Shown here: positions 28,055 to 39,254 of the stretch, in pieces
Numbering within the stretch: the first letter of the stretch is position 1
Layout: each line of letters begins with the position of its first letter
Source of the DNA: an uncultured Acidobacteriota bacterium
Lineage (GTDB): Bacteria > Acidobacteriota > UBA6911
Reading direction: 5' to 3'
Length of the DNA stretch: 64,000 nucleotides
Assembly (NCBI GenBank): GCA_963809485.1
Contig: CAWEJX010000008.1
Span: 96,001 to 160,000 of the forward strand
Translations under genes and position numbers: made by a program
Notes under the pieces: model-generated
Seen by the model: the letters and a program-made list of their open reading frames with translations, nothing else
Databases searched by the model: none
Told to the model about the DNA's origin: nothing

Positions 28055-29465
28055 TCTGCACGCAAAGCCTGAATCCCTGAACCTGGCCCGGGAATTCCCT
28101 GCCGTGCCAACGGACGCATGGGAAGCGGCAATCGAAAAGGATCTCAGGGGCGCCGATTACGCCAAAAGACTGGTCTGGCGCACCGAGGAGGGGCTGTCCG
28201 CACGGCCTTATTACCGGCAGGGAGATCTCGCCGGGCTGGAATCCCAGCTCTCATTGCGCCGGATCAGCCGGGGATGGGAAACGGCCCCGGATGAGGCACC
28301 GAGCGCCGGCGCCATCCGCGCGGACCTTCTTCACGAGGCCGGTGCGCACAGCATCCAGGAACTTGGCTACGCCATCGCCATGGGAGTGGAGCGCCTGGCT
28401 GCGCTCATCACCTCTCAGCCCGTTGATTCCGCCGCTGGCCAGATCGAGTTTGTCCTGGCAGTCGGACCGGGCTTTTTTATCGAAATTGCCAAACTGCGCG
28501 CCGCCCGCTTGCTGTGGGCCCAGGCCGTGGCAGCCTTCGAACCGAAAGACGCCGGGGCCTGCGCCATGCGCCTGTATGTGCGCACACCGCGTCGAAATAA
28601 AAGCATTTACGACCGGTACACCAACCTGCTGCGCTCCACCACGGAAGCCCTCTCGGCCGTCATCGGCGGATGCGATCATCTTACCGTCGAGAGTTTCGGC
28701 TTCGATGCCCACCTCGCCCTCAACATTCAGCGGATCCTGCGCGAAGAAGCGCACATGGACGCCGTGGCGGATCCTGCCGGCGGGTCTTATTACATCGAAG
28801 CTCTCACCGATTCGATCGCGCGCGAAGCCTGGAAGATCTTCCAGCAAGTGGAAGCCGAGGGAGGATATGCGCAGGCGCTGGCTTCAGGCTCGGTCGCCAA
28901 GGCCCTCGCCGCATCACGCGCCGCCCGCGATAACGCCGTGTCGAGCCGCAGGCGCGTTTTGGTGGGCGTAAACAACTATCCCAACCTGACGGAAAAGAGG
29001 CCTGAGGCGGAGGCTCCTGCCCCGCCGGACAGTCCTCTGCCCCAAAATCGCATCGCGGAGCCTTTTGAAAAGATCAGGCAGCGAACCATAGATTGCGCGC
29101 TCGCCAGCGGACGATATCCCAAAGTGCTGCTGCTTACGCGCGGTGACGTGAAAATGAGAGGCGCCCGATCGAACTTTTGCCTGAATTTCTTCGGTTGCGC
29201 GGGCTTCGACATGGTTGTTTCCGAGGAATATAACGGCACGGATGCCGACCTGATCATCTTGTGCAGCTCAGATCCCGAGTACCTTGCGTTTGCGCAGGAT
29301 GTTTGCCCGAAAGTGAAAGTCCCGGTGCTGGTGGCCGGCAACCCGAAGGAAAATATTGAGGCGCTGAAGTCGGCCGGGATTCAAGGATTCGTTCACGTTC
29401 TCAGTGATGCGATCGAGACTTTGACCGAATGGCAGAACAGGCTTGGCATGAGGAGCGGGCAATGA
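28047..29465 (+). CDS. mutA: Methylmalonyl-CoA mutase small subunit, internally shortened
   Basis: [50 protein letters not shown]; lacks DxHxxG. Confidence 0.85.
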   Translation: MPDLHAKPESLNLAREFPAVPTDAWEAAIEKDLRGADYAKRLVWRTEEGLSARPYYRQGDLAGLESQLSLRRISRGWETAPDEAPSAGAIRADLLHEAGAHSIQELGYAIAMGVERLAALITSQPVDSAAGQIEFVLAVGPGFFIEIAKLRAARLLWAQAVAAFEPKDAGACAMRLYVRTPRRNKSIYDRYTNLLRSTTEALSAVIGGCDHLTVESFGFDAHLALNIQRILREEAHMDAVADPAGGSYYIEALTDSIAREAWKIFQQVEAEGGYAQALASGSVAKALAASRAARDNAVSSRRRVLVGVNNYPNLTEKRPEAEAPAPPDSPLPQNRIAEPFEKIRQRTIDCALASGRYPKVLLLTRGDVKMRGARSNFCLNFFGCAGFDMVVSEEYNGTDADLIILCSSDPEYLAFAQDVCPKVKVPVLVAGNPKENIEALKSAGIQGFVHVLSDAIETLTEWQNRLGMRSGQ

Positions 29466-31603
29466 AACCGGACTTCACCAAAATCGATTATGCGCTTCGC
29501 CCTCAAACAAAGGCAGCTGCGGCTCAAAGCAGCGCCGCCGCGTGGATGACGGCCGAAGGCATTCCCGTCAAGCCGCTGTACACGGCCGAAGATCTGCTCG
29601 GCATGGAGCACCTCGAATACGCTGCCGGCGTCCCTCCATTTCTGCGAGGACCGTACTCCACCATGTATTGCATGCAGCCGTGGACAATCCGGCAATATGC
29701 GGGTTTTTCCACGGCGGAGGAATCGAACGCGTTCTACCGGCGCAACCTCGCTGCCGGGCAAAAGGGTCTCTCCGTTGCGTTCGATCTGGCCACCCACCGC
29801 GGCTACGACTCGGATAACGAGCGCGTCGTGGGCGACGTCGGCAAGGCCGGCGTGGCTATTGATTCGGTTGAAGACATGAAGATCCTGTTCGACCAGATCC
29901 CGCTCGGGCAGATGTCGGTGTCGATGACCATGAACGGCGCGGTTCTGCCGGTTATGGCTTTCTACATCGTCGCTGCCCAGGAACAAGGGGTTGGCACACA
30001 GGAGTTGAACGGCACCATTCAAAATGACATCCTGAAAGAATTCATGGTGCGCAATACCTATATCTATCCTCCCCAGCCTTCGATGCGCATCATAGGCGAC
30101 ATCTTCCACTATTGCGCAGCCAACATGCCGAAGTTCAACTGTATTTCCATCAGCGGGTATCACATCCAGGAAGCCGGGGCCACAGCCGACATTGAGCTGG
30201 GCTATACCCTCGCGGACGGGCTCGAATACATTCGCACAGGCATTCAGGCCGGCCTGGACATCGATAGTTTTGCGCCGCGGCTGAGCTTCTTCTGGGGAAT
30301 CGGGATGAATCACTTTATGGAAATCGCCAAGTTGCGCGCCGCGCGCGTGCTTTGGGCGAAGATCATCAAGGGGTTCCATCCGAAAAATCCGAAATCCATG
30401 GCGCTGCGCACGCACTCGCAGACTTCCGGCTGGAGCCTGGCGGCGCAGGATGTCTTCAACAATGTTACCCGCACATGCGTGGAAGCGCTCGCCGCCGTTC
30501 TCGGTCATACCCAGTCCTTGCACACCAACGCCCTGGATGAAGCTATCGCTTTGCCCACCGATTTTTCGGCGCGCATCGCGCGCAACACGCAGATTTACCT
30601 TCAGGAAGAAACCGACATCACCAAAGCCGTGGATCCGTGGGCCGGCAGTTACTACGTCGAATCCCTTACGCGGGATTTGATGCACAAGGCGTGGCACCAC
30701 ATCCAGGAAATTGAGGCGCTGGGCGGAATGGCCAAAGCCATCGAAACGGGCATCCCCAAGATGCGCATCGAGGAGGCGGCCGCACGCCGCCAGGCGCAAA
30801 TCGACTCCGGCCGGGAAACCATTGTCGGGGTCAACAAGTACCGGCTTACGGAGGAGAATTCCATCGACGTCCTGGTTGTGGACAACCAGGCGGTGCGCGA
30901 ATCGCAACTGCGGCGCCTGGCCGAGACAAAGGCTGCGCGGGACCCGCTGGCGGTAAATGCCGCGCTGACAGCCCTGACGCGGTGCGCGGAAACCGGAGAG
31001 GGCAATTTGCTGGAACTCTCTATTCACGCCGCACGCCGGCGGGCGACCCTGGGAGAAATATCCTCCGCCCTCGAACAGGTTTTTGGAAGATACCAGGCGG
31101 TGAACCGCACCATTTCCGGCGTTTATTCTTCCGAAAGCCGCGAAGATCCGGAATTCCAGAGAGCGCTTGCCCTGGCCGAGGAGTTTGCCCGGGCTGAAGG
31201 GCGGCGTCCCCGTATATTGATCGCCAAGATGGGGCAGGACGGTCACGACCGCGGGGCGAAAGTGATCGCCACGGCATTTGCCGACCTGGGTTTTGATGTC
31301 GATGTCGGTCCCCTGTTCCAGACTCCGCGCGAGGCCGCCCGAATGGCCATAGAAAACGACGTTCACGTGCTGGGAGTATCCAGCCTGGCAGGCGGCCACT
31401 CCACTCTTGTGCCGGAAGTCATCGCCGAGCTGAAGAAGCTTGATCGTGAGGATATCCTGGTGTACGTTGGCGGTGTTATTCCGCCGCAGGCTTACGAAGC
31501 GCTGTTCCAGGCGGGCGTGTCGGACGTATTCGGCCCGGGCTCGGTAATTCCTCTTTGTGCGCAAAAAATCCTGGCGGCCTTGCTCGGGAGAGTACGTGCT
31601 TAG
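29462..31603 (+). CDS. scpA: Methylmalonyl-CoA mutase large (B12-binding) subunit
   Basis: [29 protein letters not shown]. Confidence 0.96.
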   Translation: MKPDFTKIDYALRPQTKAAAAQSSAAAWMTAEGIPVKPLYTAEDLLGMEHLEYAAGVPPFLRGPYSTMYCMQPWTIRQYAGFSTAEESNAFYRRNLAAGQKGLSVAFDLATHRGYDSDNERVVGDVGKAGVAIDSVEDMKILFDQIPLGQMSVSMTMNGAVLPVMAFYIVAAQEQGVGTQELNGTIQNDILKEFMVRNTYIYPPQPSMRIIGDIFHYCAANMPKFNCISISGYHIQEAGATADIELGYTLADGLEYIRTGIQAGLDIDSFAPRLSFFWGIGMNHFMEIAKLRAARVLWAKIIKGFHPKNPKSMALRTHSQTSGWSLAAQDVFNNVTRTCVEALAAVLGHTQSLHTNALDEAIALPTDFSARIARNTQIYLQEETDITKAVDPWAGSYYVESLTRDLMHKAWHHIQEIEALGGMAKAIETGIPKMRIEEAAARRQAQIDSGRETIVGVNKYRLTEENSIDVLVVDNQAVRESQLRRLAETKAARDPLAVNAALTALTRCAETGEGNLLELSIHAARRRATLGEISSALEQVFGRYQAVNRTISGVYSSESREDPEFQRALALAEEFARAEGRRPRILIAKMGQDGHDRGAKVIATAFADLGFDVDVGPLFQTPREAARMAIENDVHVLGVSSLAGGHSTLVPEVIAELKKLDREDILVYVGGVIPPQAYEALFQAGVSDVFGPGSVIPLCAQKILAALLGRVRA

Positions 31604-31696
31604 TCCTCAAGGTATCGCGAATGCGCCTGGAACGCAGGTTAGGCCTGCTCTTGGAGACCGTCGTTCAGCATACGATTGTGAACGACCTGGCAAACT

Positions 31697-32737
31697 GTGA
31701 GCGACCCTATCAAACACGGCAGGAGCATTCGCTCAGCGGCGCGCAAACGCCTGCCGCTGGAGCGATACATAAATGGCGTCCTGAGCGGGGACCGCATGGT
31801 CCTGGCGCGCGCCATCACCGTGATTGAAAGCGACCTTCCTTCCGATGGCGAACTCGCGGCGCATCTGCTCGACCGGGTGCTGCCTCATTCCGGCAAATCA
31901 CTGAGAGTGGGGATCACGGGTGTTCCAGGCGTGGGAAAAAGCACGTTCATTGACGCTCTTGGCATGCACCTTATTCGCGACTGCGGCGAAAACGTCGCTG
32001 TTCTGAGCGTCGACCCATCGAGCCCGATTTCGGGCGGCAGCATCCTTGGCGACAAGACACGCATGGAGCGTCTTGCGGTCGAGGAGCGGGCCTTCATCCG
32101 TCCGTCGCCCTCCCGCGGCCATCTCGGCGGCGTGGCGCGGCGCACGCGGGAAACCATTCTGCTATGCGAGGCGGCCGGCTACCGCAACATTCTCGTGGAA
32201 ACCGTGGGAGTCGGGCAGTCGGAAACCGCCGTCCGATCGATGACAGATTTTTTTCTGCTTCTGATGCTGGCAGGGGCGGGGGACGAGCTTCAGGGCATGA
32301 AGCGTGGAATCATCGAGATGCTGGACGGCATGGCGATCAACAAGGCCGACGGCGACAACAAGCCAAAGGCCGAGCGCGCGCGCATCGAGTATTCTCATGC
32401 GCTGCACCTGTTCCCTGCTTCCACCGACGGGTGGACACCTTCCGTGGTGACCTGCTCCTCGCTTACCGGCGAGGGGATCCCGGAACTCTGGCAGAGGGTG
32501 CTTGATCACCGGCGGCTTCTGGAAAGCAACGGCTTTCTGGACGCGCGACGAAGCCTGCAGGCACTGGAGTGGATGAATGAACTGCTGAAGCTTGGGCTCG
32601 AGGAATCGTTCCGGGCCGATCGTACGGTGGCCGCACGCCTTCCGGTGCTGCAGGACGAGGTCCGCCGCGGCCGGATGACCCCGTTCGCGGCCAGCCGCGA
32701 CCTGCTGCGCATGTTCCGGTCCCACCCGCCAACATAG
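31697..32737 (+). CDS. meaB: Mutase-associated GTPase MeaB
   Basis: GVPGVGKST, DPSS..GGSILGDKTRM, ETVGVGQSE, NKAD. Confidence 0.95.
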   Translation: MSDPIKHGRSIRSAARKRLPLERYINGVLSGDRMVLARAITVIESDLPSDGELAAHLLDRVLPHSGKSLRVGITGVPGVGKSTFIDALGMHLIRDCGENVAVLSVDPSSPISGGSILGDKTRMERLAVEERAFIRPSPSRGHLGGVARRTRETILLCEAAGYRNILVETVGVGQSETAVRSMTDFFLLLMLAGAGDELQGMKRGIIEMLDGMAINKADGDNKPKAERARIEYSHALHLFPASTDGWTPSVVTCSSLTGEGIPELWQRVLDHRRLLESNGFLDARRSLQALEWMNELLKLGLEESFRADRTVAARLPVLQDEVRRGRMTPFAASRDLLRMFRSHPPT

Positions 32738-32756
32738 GACATCAATGTTGCCTGGC

Positions 32757-32850
32757 CTGAACCGCTGATATACGCCGACCTGTGCCTTATTGGTCAGCGT
32801 ATGTCGGCGTTACCTCATTTCATAGCTGTTTGACCCTGTGACTCCTTCAT
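32757..32850. repeat. Degenerate type A element fragment
   Basis: CGCTGATATACGCCGACC..GGTCAGCGTATGTCGGCG stem followed by TTACCTCAT..AGCTG, as in other type A copies. Confidence 0.55.
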
Positions 32851-32856
32851 CTCATT

Positions 32857-35010
32857 CTACTCCACCCAGTGAAGCACATTGCGGATTACGGACCAGCGCG
32901 GTTCTTTGGGAGCCGCGTTACGGCCGAGGATCCAGTAATCGTAGAGAGCTGCAATCGTTCCGTCCCGCTTTTTCAGCTCGATCCATGTATTTACCAGGTT
33001 GGCAAGCGGCTGGTCATGACGGGCTATCAAATAGGCCAGCGGCATTTTGCTGACTCCCGGTTGCGGCACGACCACACAGTACTGCGGATAAAGAAGAGTC
33101 CAGACCGATCCCCGCTCCGCCGGAAGCATTATGCCATCGAATTTCCCGGACTGGTCGCCGAACAAATCGGGAGCTTTGCGAAATGTGACTATCTCCGCGT
33201 CCGGGAGCATTGCTTTGAGTTTCTCGACGAAGGACGAAACCGCCGGGACAGCAATCCTGACATTCTTCAGGCTGCGGATCTTTTCCCATTGCTCGAAATC
33301 CCGGCGACGGTAGTCGGGAACGATAAAAGCCATGGTTTCATCAAGGTAGGAAGTTGAAAATACAGCCTCGCTTGCACGCGCAGCCGTAATCACGACACCC
33401 GACATGATCAGATCGCAGTACGTGCCATCAATTTGCCCATAAATTTTCACAGGATCCCGGCTCACCGGGACAAACTCGAGCCGTACACCCAGTTCGCGTG
33501 CCAAGGCATGGGCCATTTCCACATCGAAGCCGACCAGGTCGCCCGACCCGTTGAAGTAAGCATAGGGCAGACTATCTTCCAGGTAGCCTACACGCAGGAC
33601 TTTGCTTTCGCGGATCAGATCGAGCTGGGATTTCGCGGGATCGAAGCCTGGCCTGCTTGTTGTTGGTTCCTGGTACACAACCGCCGGTCCGCTTTCCCGC
33701 AGCAGCTGCATGGATGCCACGACGCGGTCCTTGTCGTATTTCTGCGCCGTTGTTGCGCTGAAGAAAATCCGCATGCCTCCGAGCACCAGGAGGGTGAGCA
33801 AAACGGAAACCACCGCATATCGAATGATTCTTCGTGCGTTAAAGGCCAGGGTTCCCATGACTGCGCAGGCGCCAAGCAGGCTGAGGACGACCGTATGAAC
33901 GGCCGCGACCAGTGTGCCGAACCGGGAATTGATCACGCCGGTGGCAAGAAACAGCTGAAAAGTGTCTGCCGGTATGCGGAAAAGATCCAGGAGATAGGGC
34001 ACGGCGGCATTCAGGCTGCCGAAGAAGCTTAGGAGCCCCACAAGCGCCAGCTTGGGGTATTCGCCAATTCCCAAATCCGCATTTGCGAACCATCCGGCAA
34101 AAAGGATGAAACTGATGCTGAGGAGTTTGCCGGAATGAGGGAAATTAAACGACGCCGGGACAATAATGTCGGGCAGGGACGCAGCATCGGGCCTCCCGGC
34201 AAAATGGTCCTCGAGAAGCTTGCGGCTGTTCTCTATGAGCATGGGCAGCACAATAAAAAGATCGCCGATGAAAAACGCCGTAATCAATGCATCCCGCGTG
34301 GCAGACAAAACCTGCCTGTATCCGATCGGCGTGAAAGCTGCGACGAGCCCCGGCAGAATCCATAAGGAAAGCAGCAATCCCATGGCCGCATAGGCTATGA
34401 AGTAGACCTGAAGCCGCTGAACCTGCCCAACATCCAGGGTCCCTGCGGCTGAGGCGGAAATCGCAAACAGGCCGATCGGGGTCAGCTTTGATATGAGACG
34501 GGCCACGCGTCCGAGAGCGTCGCCCGCCACGGTCAGGACTTCAATCAGGCGCTGCTTCTGTCCCATGCCGATCAGGGCGATCCCGAGGATTATGCTGAAC
34601 AGCACAACGGCCGGCACGACGCTATTGGCCAACGAGTGAAAGGGATTCGAAGGGATGTAGAGCCCGATGAAGTCAAATTGCGGCTCCGGCTCCACCATCG
34701 AAGTGCTGAAAAACGACGCGGTCTGAAACGAAGGGAAGGCCAGAGGTATGAGAAGCGCCATTACCAGCGCGATCGTCCACAGCAAGGCGAGGATCAGGCC
34801 GATCTTGAGCCCGAGAGTTTTGGCCTGATCGAGCCGAAGGCTCCCGATCCCCGTAATCAGCGACACGGTGACGTAAGGCAGGACCGTCATCTGCAAAAGC
34901 CGGACATAGCCGTCGGCTATGTAACGCAGGAAGGATGCGCGCTCGCCCAGGAAAATGCCCAGCAGGATGCCCAGACCAATTGCAACCAGGATCTTTCGGG
35001 AACTGCTCAT
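32857..35010 (-). CDS. Dicarboxylate/amino acid:cation symporter fused to a C-terminal family 3 solute-binding domain
   Basis: RLLQMTVLP, IPSNPF, PIGLFAI TM core, then LRVGY..PYAY..GFDVEMA. Confidence 0.85.
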   Translation of the reverse strand: MSSSRKILVAIGLGILLGIFLGERASFLRYIADGYVRLLQMTVLPYVTVSLITGIGSLRLDQAKTLGLKIGLILALLWTIALVMALLIPLAFPSFQTASFFSTSMVEPEPQFDFIGLYIPSNPFHSLANSVVPAVVLFSIILGIALIGMGQKQRLIEVLTVAGDALGRVARLISKLTPIGLFAISASAAGTLDVGQVQRLQVYFIAYAAMGLLLSLWILPGLVAAFTPIGYRQVLSATRDALITAFFIGDLFIVLPMLIENSRKLLEDHFAGRPDAASLPDIIVPASFNFPHSGKLLSISFILFAGWFANADLGIGEYPKLALVGLLSFFGSLNAAVPYLLDLFRIPADTFQLFLATGVINSRFGTLVAAVHTVVLSLLGACAVMGTLAFNARRIIRYAVVSVLLTLLVLGGMRIFFSATTAQKYDKDRVVASMQLLRESGPAVVYQEPTTSRPGFDPAKSQLDLIRESKVLRVGYLEDSLPYAYFNGSGDLVGFDVEMAHALARELGVRLEFVPVSRDPVKIYGQIDGTYCDLIMSGVVITAARASEAVFSTSYLDETMAFIVPDYRRRDFEQWEKIRSLKNVRIAVPAVSSFVEKLKAMLPDAEIVTFRKAPDLFGDQSGKFDGIMLPAERGSVWTLLYPQYCVVVPQPGVSKMPLAYLIARHDQPLANLVNTWIELKKRDGTIAALYDYWILGRNAAPKEPRWSVIRNVLHWVE

Positions 35011-35224
35011 TCAGCCTCGATTATTTAGGACTAATAGCCCTCGCCCCAAAGGAACAACAATTCGCAAGAGAATCTAATTGAGCCCTTCAGTTTGGGACAT
35101 CATCAACCAGCGCCCGCGCTTCATCATCAACGCATTCCTGCAAGGAGAAATTGCCCGAGTAGAGCATTGTAAACCGAAAAGGCTGCAATCCGTATTGATT
35201 TGCTGCAAACAAAAACGGGGCACG

Positions 35225-35395
35225 GACATTCGCTCAAAGCGGCAGGACGAGCTTCACGGACTTTTGTACGCTGATCCTCACCTTAGTGGTTAGCGTTCGT
35301 CTGTTTCTTTTTCAGCGTGTGTCCGCGTTATCTTATCTTGGATTTGTCAAACCTTGTGAGTCGCCCATCCGAGCTGGGGATTACCGATGAATTCA
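35225..35395. mobile_element. Degenerate type A element
   Basis: CGCTCAAAGCGG, TTTTCAGCG..GTCCGCGT and GTCAAAC..GAGCTGGGGATTACCGAT, colinear with 37865-38070. Confidence 0.55.
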
Positions 35396-35476
35396 ATCCT
35401 GACAGACGCGGGAAGCCCTGCCTCTTCAGCTATTGTTTCATACATCCGCAAAGATCCCGGCTGCTTTCGCAGGCCT

Positions 35477-37669
35477 TCAGACGGATTCCTCCCGCCAGGC
35501 TTTAAGGGAAAACGAAAATGTTGCGCCCTCACCCGGATTGTTGTCTCCCCGGATATGGCCCCCATGTTCCCTGATGATCGATTGGCAAATGGGCAAACCG
35601 AAGCCCAAACCGTCCTTTTTCGTCGTGAAAAATTGATCGAACAACTTCGACTGTGAAGCCGCGGGGATGCCCGGTCCTGTATCGCTAATGCATACAGTGA
35701 CCAGGTCAGGACCATTCATTGTGGTTTGGATCGTCAATATTCTGAAGGGTGACTCTTTCATTGCGTCCAGGGCGTTCGTCACCAGGTTGAGCAGGACCTG
35801 CTGCAAACGAATGCGGTCCCCCTTTACGAGCGCGCGGTCCGGCATGAGGTCCAGGCGAAGCGTAACGTCGTTCAAAACGAAATTGTTGCGCAGGATCTGC
35901 AGGGATTCGTCAATCAGTGAGTTGATGGACAGGTCTTCAAACTGTGCATCGCCTTTGGTCAGGACGCTTCGGACTTTGCGGACAACCTCGCCCGCCCTCC
36001 TGGCATCCTGGATGATATCATCGATGATCTCAGGAATGGATTCCTGATTGTCCCGGGTCTGGGATAGCAGGATTCTGGCTGCTTCGGCATTGTTCAGGAT
36101 CGCCCCCAGAGGCTGGTTCATCTCGTGGGCCAGTGAGGCGGAGATCTCGTTCACTGTCAGGACGCGCGCCAGATGGTTCAATTCGAGGCGCAATTCGGCC
36201 ATCTCGCGTTCCTTCTGTTTGAGCGCGCTGATGTCCTGGATAAAGCCATAGATTCTGCGGCCGTCAAAATCGGCTACCCCAATGGTCCGGACTTGCCTGT
36301 GATTCCCCTTTGCGGTGATCAGCTCAAGCTCCAGATCAAAGGACTCGCCATGTTCGACGGCCTGCCGCACAGCCTTTTCAATGACCGACTTGCAGGCTGG
36401 TGTATAGAAATCGATCCCTTTTTCCACGGACGGTTCATATGCGGAATCCACTTCGTGGATGGAATAGGTCTCTTCCGTCCATATCATTTTCCCCGTATTG
36501 AGGTCCACTTCCCAGCCGCCGACCTTCCCGATCCTTGCGGTTTCAGCCAGAAACCGCGCACTTTTCTTCAGGACCTCCTGAGCCCGGAGGCGTTCATCGA
36601 TATCCTCCACGAAACCATCGAAGTAAAGAACCTGTTCATCCCGGCCTCGCACGGGACTGGTTTTAAGAGACACCCAGACGAGTGTTCCGTCCTTTCGTCT
36701 GAATTGGCATTCATGTCCCCGGACCAACTCCCCCTTTTCAATCTGCCCGATCAGGTACGGGCGTTCCTCCGGATTCGCCCAGACCTGCCGCCTCGTGTCC
36801 GTAATGGACCGCATGACGTCCTCCGCCGAATCGTATCCCAGAATCCGTGCAAGGGCGGGATTGGCATACAGCACTTTTCCATCAAATGAAACCCTGTAAA
36901 TGCCTTCAAGGGCCCCTTCGAAGATATTTCGATAGCGGGCCTCGCTCTCGAGCAGGTCTTTTGCCAATTGTCCGGCCCGCAACACATCGCGGGTAACTTC
37001 GTACCCCATGATTGCGACGACGCCCGTATAAAAGATGCTATTCATCACAGGTGCAGCGATAATTTGCCAAAAGACCAGTGCCGAATGAATAAGCGAGGCA
37101 AGCACAAAAAACAACACGCTACCGCCCACTGTAACTGCCGATCTCTTGTCTCCGCGCCGCCATGCACACGCCGCGGTGTCCGCTATGAAAAGCACCAATA
37201 GAGCTGTGCTAAGCTGAGCGCAAAGCATCAACGGATTCGGCACACCCTCCGCGATGGAAACAGATTCACCAAGAAATGGCATATGCCACAAACCGGTGAT
37301 TTCGCGATAATTGAGGTTAGGTGCAACCAGAAAGTTGAGGATGAGGGCCAATGCTCTCAACAGGCAGAGTGTCCAGGCAAGCCATGTCCGTTGCGCCTGC
37401 AGTCGGAGACGCATGAAAATCACAATCGCCACAATTGCAGTAAAAACCGGAACATGGGCCCAGCGGAGTGCCGTCGCAAATTGCTCGGGCGTTCCGGATC
37501 GCATCATCCACAGCTCGCTCCCCGCCATGAAAGCCGTGGATACGGCCATTAGGGAAAAGGCCAGGCTGGCCCATGCAGTTCTCTCCCTTAACCAGACCAC
37601 AAAATGTATCGCCGCCAGCGTCAGGCACGCGGAGGCGAACATGGACCAGAGTATGTTGACCCAGCTCAT
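35477..37669 (-). CDS. Multi-TM PAS-PAS sensor histidine kinase (FixL/NtrB type)
   Basis: SLAHEMNQP, QQVLLNLVTNA, DTGPG, FFTTK, GFGL. Confidence 0.9.
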   Translation of the reverse strand: MSWVNILWSMFASACLTLAAIHFVVWLRERTAWASLAFSLMAVSTAFMAGSELWMMRSGTPEQFATALRWAHVPVFTAIVAIVIFMRLRLQAQRTWLAWTLCLLRALALILNFLVAPNLNYREITGLWHMPFLGESVSIAEGVPNPLMLCAQLSTALLVLFIADTAACAWRRGDKRSAVTVGGSVLFFVLASLIHSALVFWQIIAAPVMNSIFYTGVVAIMGYEVTRDVLRAGQLAKDLLESEARYRNIFEGALEGIYRVSFDGKVLYANPALARILGYDSAEDVMRSITDTRRQVWANPEERPYLIGQIEKGELVRGHECQFRRKDGTLVWVSLKTSPVRGRDEQVLYFDGFVEDIDERLRAQEVLKKSARFLAETARIGKVGGWEVDLNTGKMIWTEETYSIHEVDSAYEPSVEKGIDFYTPACKSVIEKAVRQAVEHGESFDLELELITAKGNHRQVRTIGVADFDGRRIYGFIQDISALKQKEREMAELRLELNHLARVLTVNEISASLAHEMNQPLGAILNNAEAARILLSQTRDNQESIPEIIDDIIQDARRAGEVVRKVRSVLTKGDAQFEDLSINSLIDESLQILRNNFVLNDVTLRLDLMPDRALVKGDRIRLQQVLLNLVTNALDAMKESPFRILTIQTTMNGPDLVTVCISDTGPGIPAASQSKLFDQFFTTKKDGLGFGLPICQSIIREHGGHIRGDNNPGEGATFSFSLKAWREESV

Positions 37670-37864
37670 ATCGGGACAGACCCTCCCCATAGAAGAAGAG
37701 TGACCGGGATTTTTGTCATTGGGAGCCTATGCATGCAAAAAATGATGTCCGCACTTTTCCGCCGGATCAGTGACCATGAGTCAAATCCGGCTGGAAACAA
37801 AACCTAAAGTATATATGAAACCGCCCAATTTGGAATCAAATTGCCTGACTTTGCCACATGAAGA

Positions 37865-38070
37865 GGTTAACATCATCCGGCAGAGCCGGAGGCTTGATGG
37901 CAGGCCGCTCAAAGCGGTTGGATGAGCTCCAGTCGCCTCAGCCTCTGACATAACTTTCACCCTATTTTTCAGCGTTGGTCAGCGCTCTTGTCCGCGTATA
38001 TCAGCGTTACCTCATCCTGGATCCGTCAAAATCAATGGGTCCCCTGCAAAGCTGGGGGATTACCGATTTA
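37865..38070. mobile_element. Type A element with both hairpin ends
   Basis: TCCGGCAGAGCCGGAGGCTT, CCGCTCAAAGCGG, TCAGCG repeats, GTCAAA..CCCCTGCAAAGCTGGGGGATTACC. Confidence 0.7.
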
Positions 38071-38162
38071 AGGTCTGGCTGGTAGAATATTTAAGTCTAC
38101 GGTTTGCGTCTGGGGCGGCCTGGCGCGAAAGCCTTTTAATCATATTCCATGGGAACACCGAG

Positions 38163-39254
38163 ATGAACTCACAGAACTCTGTCAAACAGGATATTACCCG
38201 CATAACGCTTGCGGTTCTGTTCATCGGGATGCTTATCACAGCGAGCTTTTGGATCCTCCGGCCATTCCTCACATCGATTATCTGGGCCACGATCATCGTG
38301 GTGGCGACCTGGCCCATCCTCCTCAAGCTTCAGAAAGTTTTCCGGGGCAGGCGCGGGTATGCTGTGACGGTCATGACCGGGGTGCTGTTTATAATCATAG
38401 TGCTTCCCATATTTGTGGCCGTAACCGCCATCGCCGTGAAATCCGATGACATAGCATCCTGGGTCCGGTCGCTGGCCGGACTCAGCATTCCCCAACCGCC
38501 CGAGTGGGTGAAGAGCATCCCCTTCGCGGGAAGCAAACTGGCTGAGCAATGGATGCATTACGCATCCCTTACCCCGGAAGAGCTTGCGTCTCAGCTCACC
38601 CCCTATGCCAGCGCTATCCTTCTCTGGTTCATGAGCCACGCCGGTAGTATGGCCGGAGTTCTGTTCCAGTTCCTTCTGACGGTCATCCTTTCGGCCATCC
38701 TCTACTGTTCCGGCGAAGGCGCTGCCGCCGGCGTGCTCGCCTTCGGGAAGCGCCTGGCCGGAAAGCGGGGAGAAGAGGTGATGATTCTGGCCGCCAAGGC
38801 AACGCGGAGCGTCGCCCTTGGAATTGTGGTGACGGCCTTGATCCAGACAGCCCTGAGCGGCGTCGGGCTTTTAATATCAGGCATCCCCGCAGCGCCTGTT
38901 TTGACGGCGGTGGTTTTCGTGCTCTGTCTTGCGCAGCTGGGACCCGTTCTGGTGATGCTGCCATCGGTCGTGTGGCTTTACTGGAAAGGCGACCCGCTTT
39001 GGGGAACCATCCTGCTAATCTTCGCGGTCTTAGCCATGACCTGCGACAATTTCCTCCGCCCCATCTTCATCAAAAAAGGGGTGGACCTTCCCCTGATCAT
39101 GATTTTCGCCGGGGTCATCGGTGGTTTGGTCGCCCTGGGTGTCGTCGGGCTCTTCATCGGCCCTGTAATTCTTGCGGTCACACAGACGCTTCTCAAATCC
39201 TGGGTATACTCTGACGGCGATTCAGAGCCGCAGCCCGAGGCCGATTGGGCATAG
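38163..39254 (+). CDS. ydiK: AI-2E family transporter YdiK
   Basis: WATIIVVATWP, DNFLRP, GVIGG..GLFIGPVIL. Confidence 0.9.
   Translation: MNSQNSVKQDITRITLAVLFIGMLITASFWILRPFLTSIIWATIIVVATWPILLKLQKVFRGRRGYAVTVMTGVLFIIIVLPIFVAVTAIAVKSDDIASWVRSLAGLSIPQPPEWVKSIPFAGSKLAEQWMHYASLTPEELASQLTPYASAILLWFMSHAGSMAGVLFQFLLTVILSAILYCSGEGAAAGVLAFGKRLAGKRGEEVMILAAKATRSVALGIVVTALIQTALSGVGLLISGIPAAPVLTAVVFVLCLAQLGPVLVMLPSVVWLYWKGDPLWGTILLIFAVLAMTCDNFLRPIFIKKGVDLPLIMIFAGVIGGLVALGVVGLFIGPVILAVTQTLLKSWVYSDGDSEPQPEADWA

Noticed and set aside
29393-31564. 723-aa minus-strand ORF (likewise 5704-7005, 13746-14948, 40585-42090)
   Set aside because: Antisense shadows of well-supported genes in GC-rich DNA
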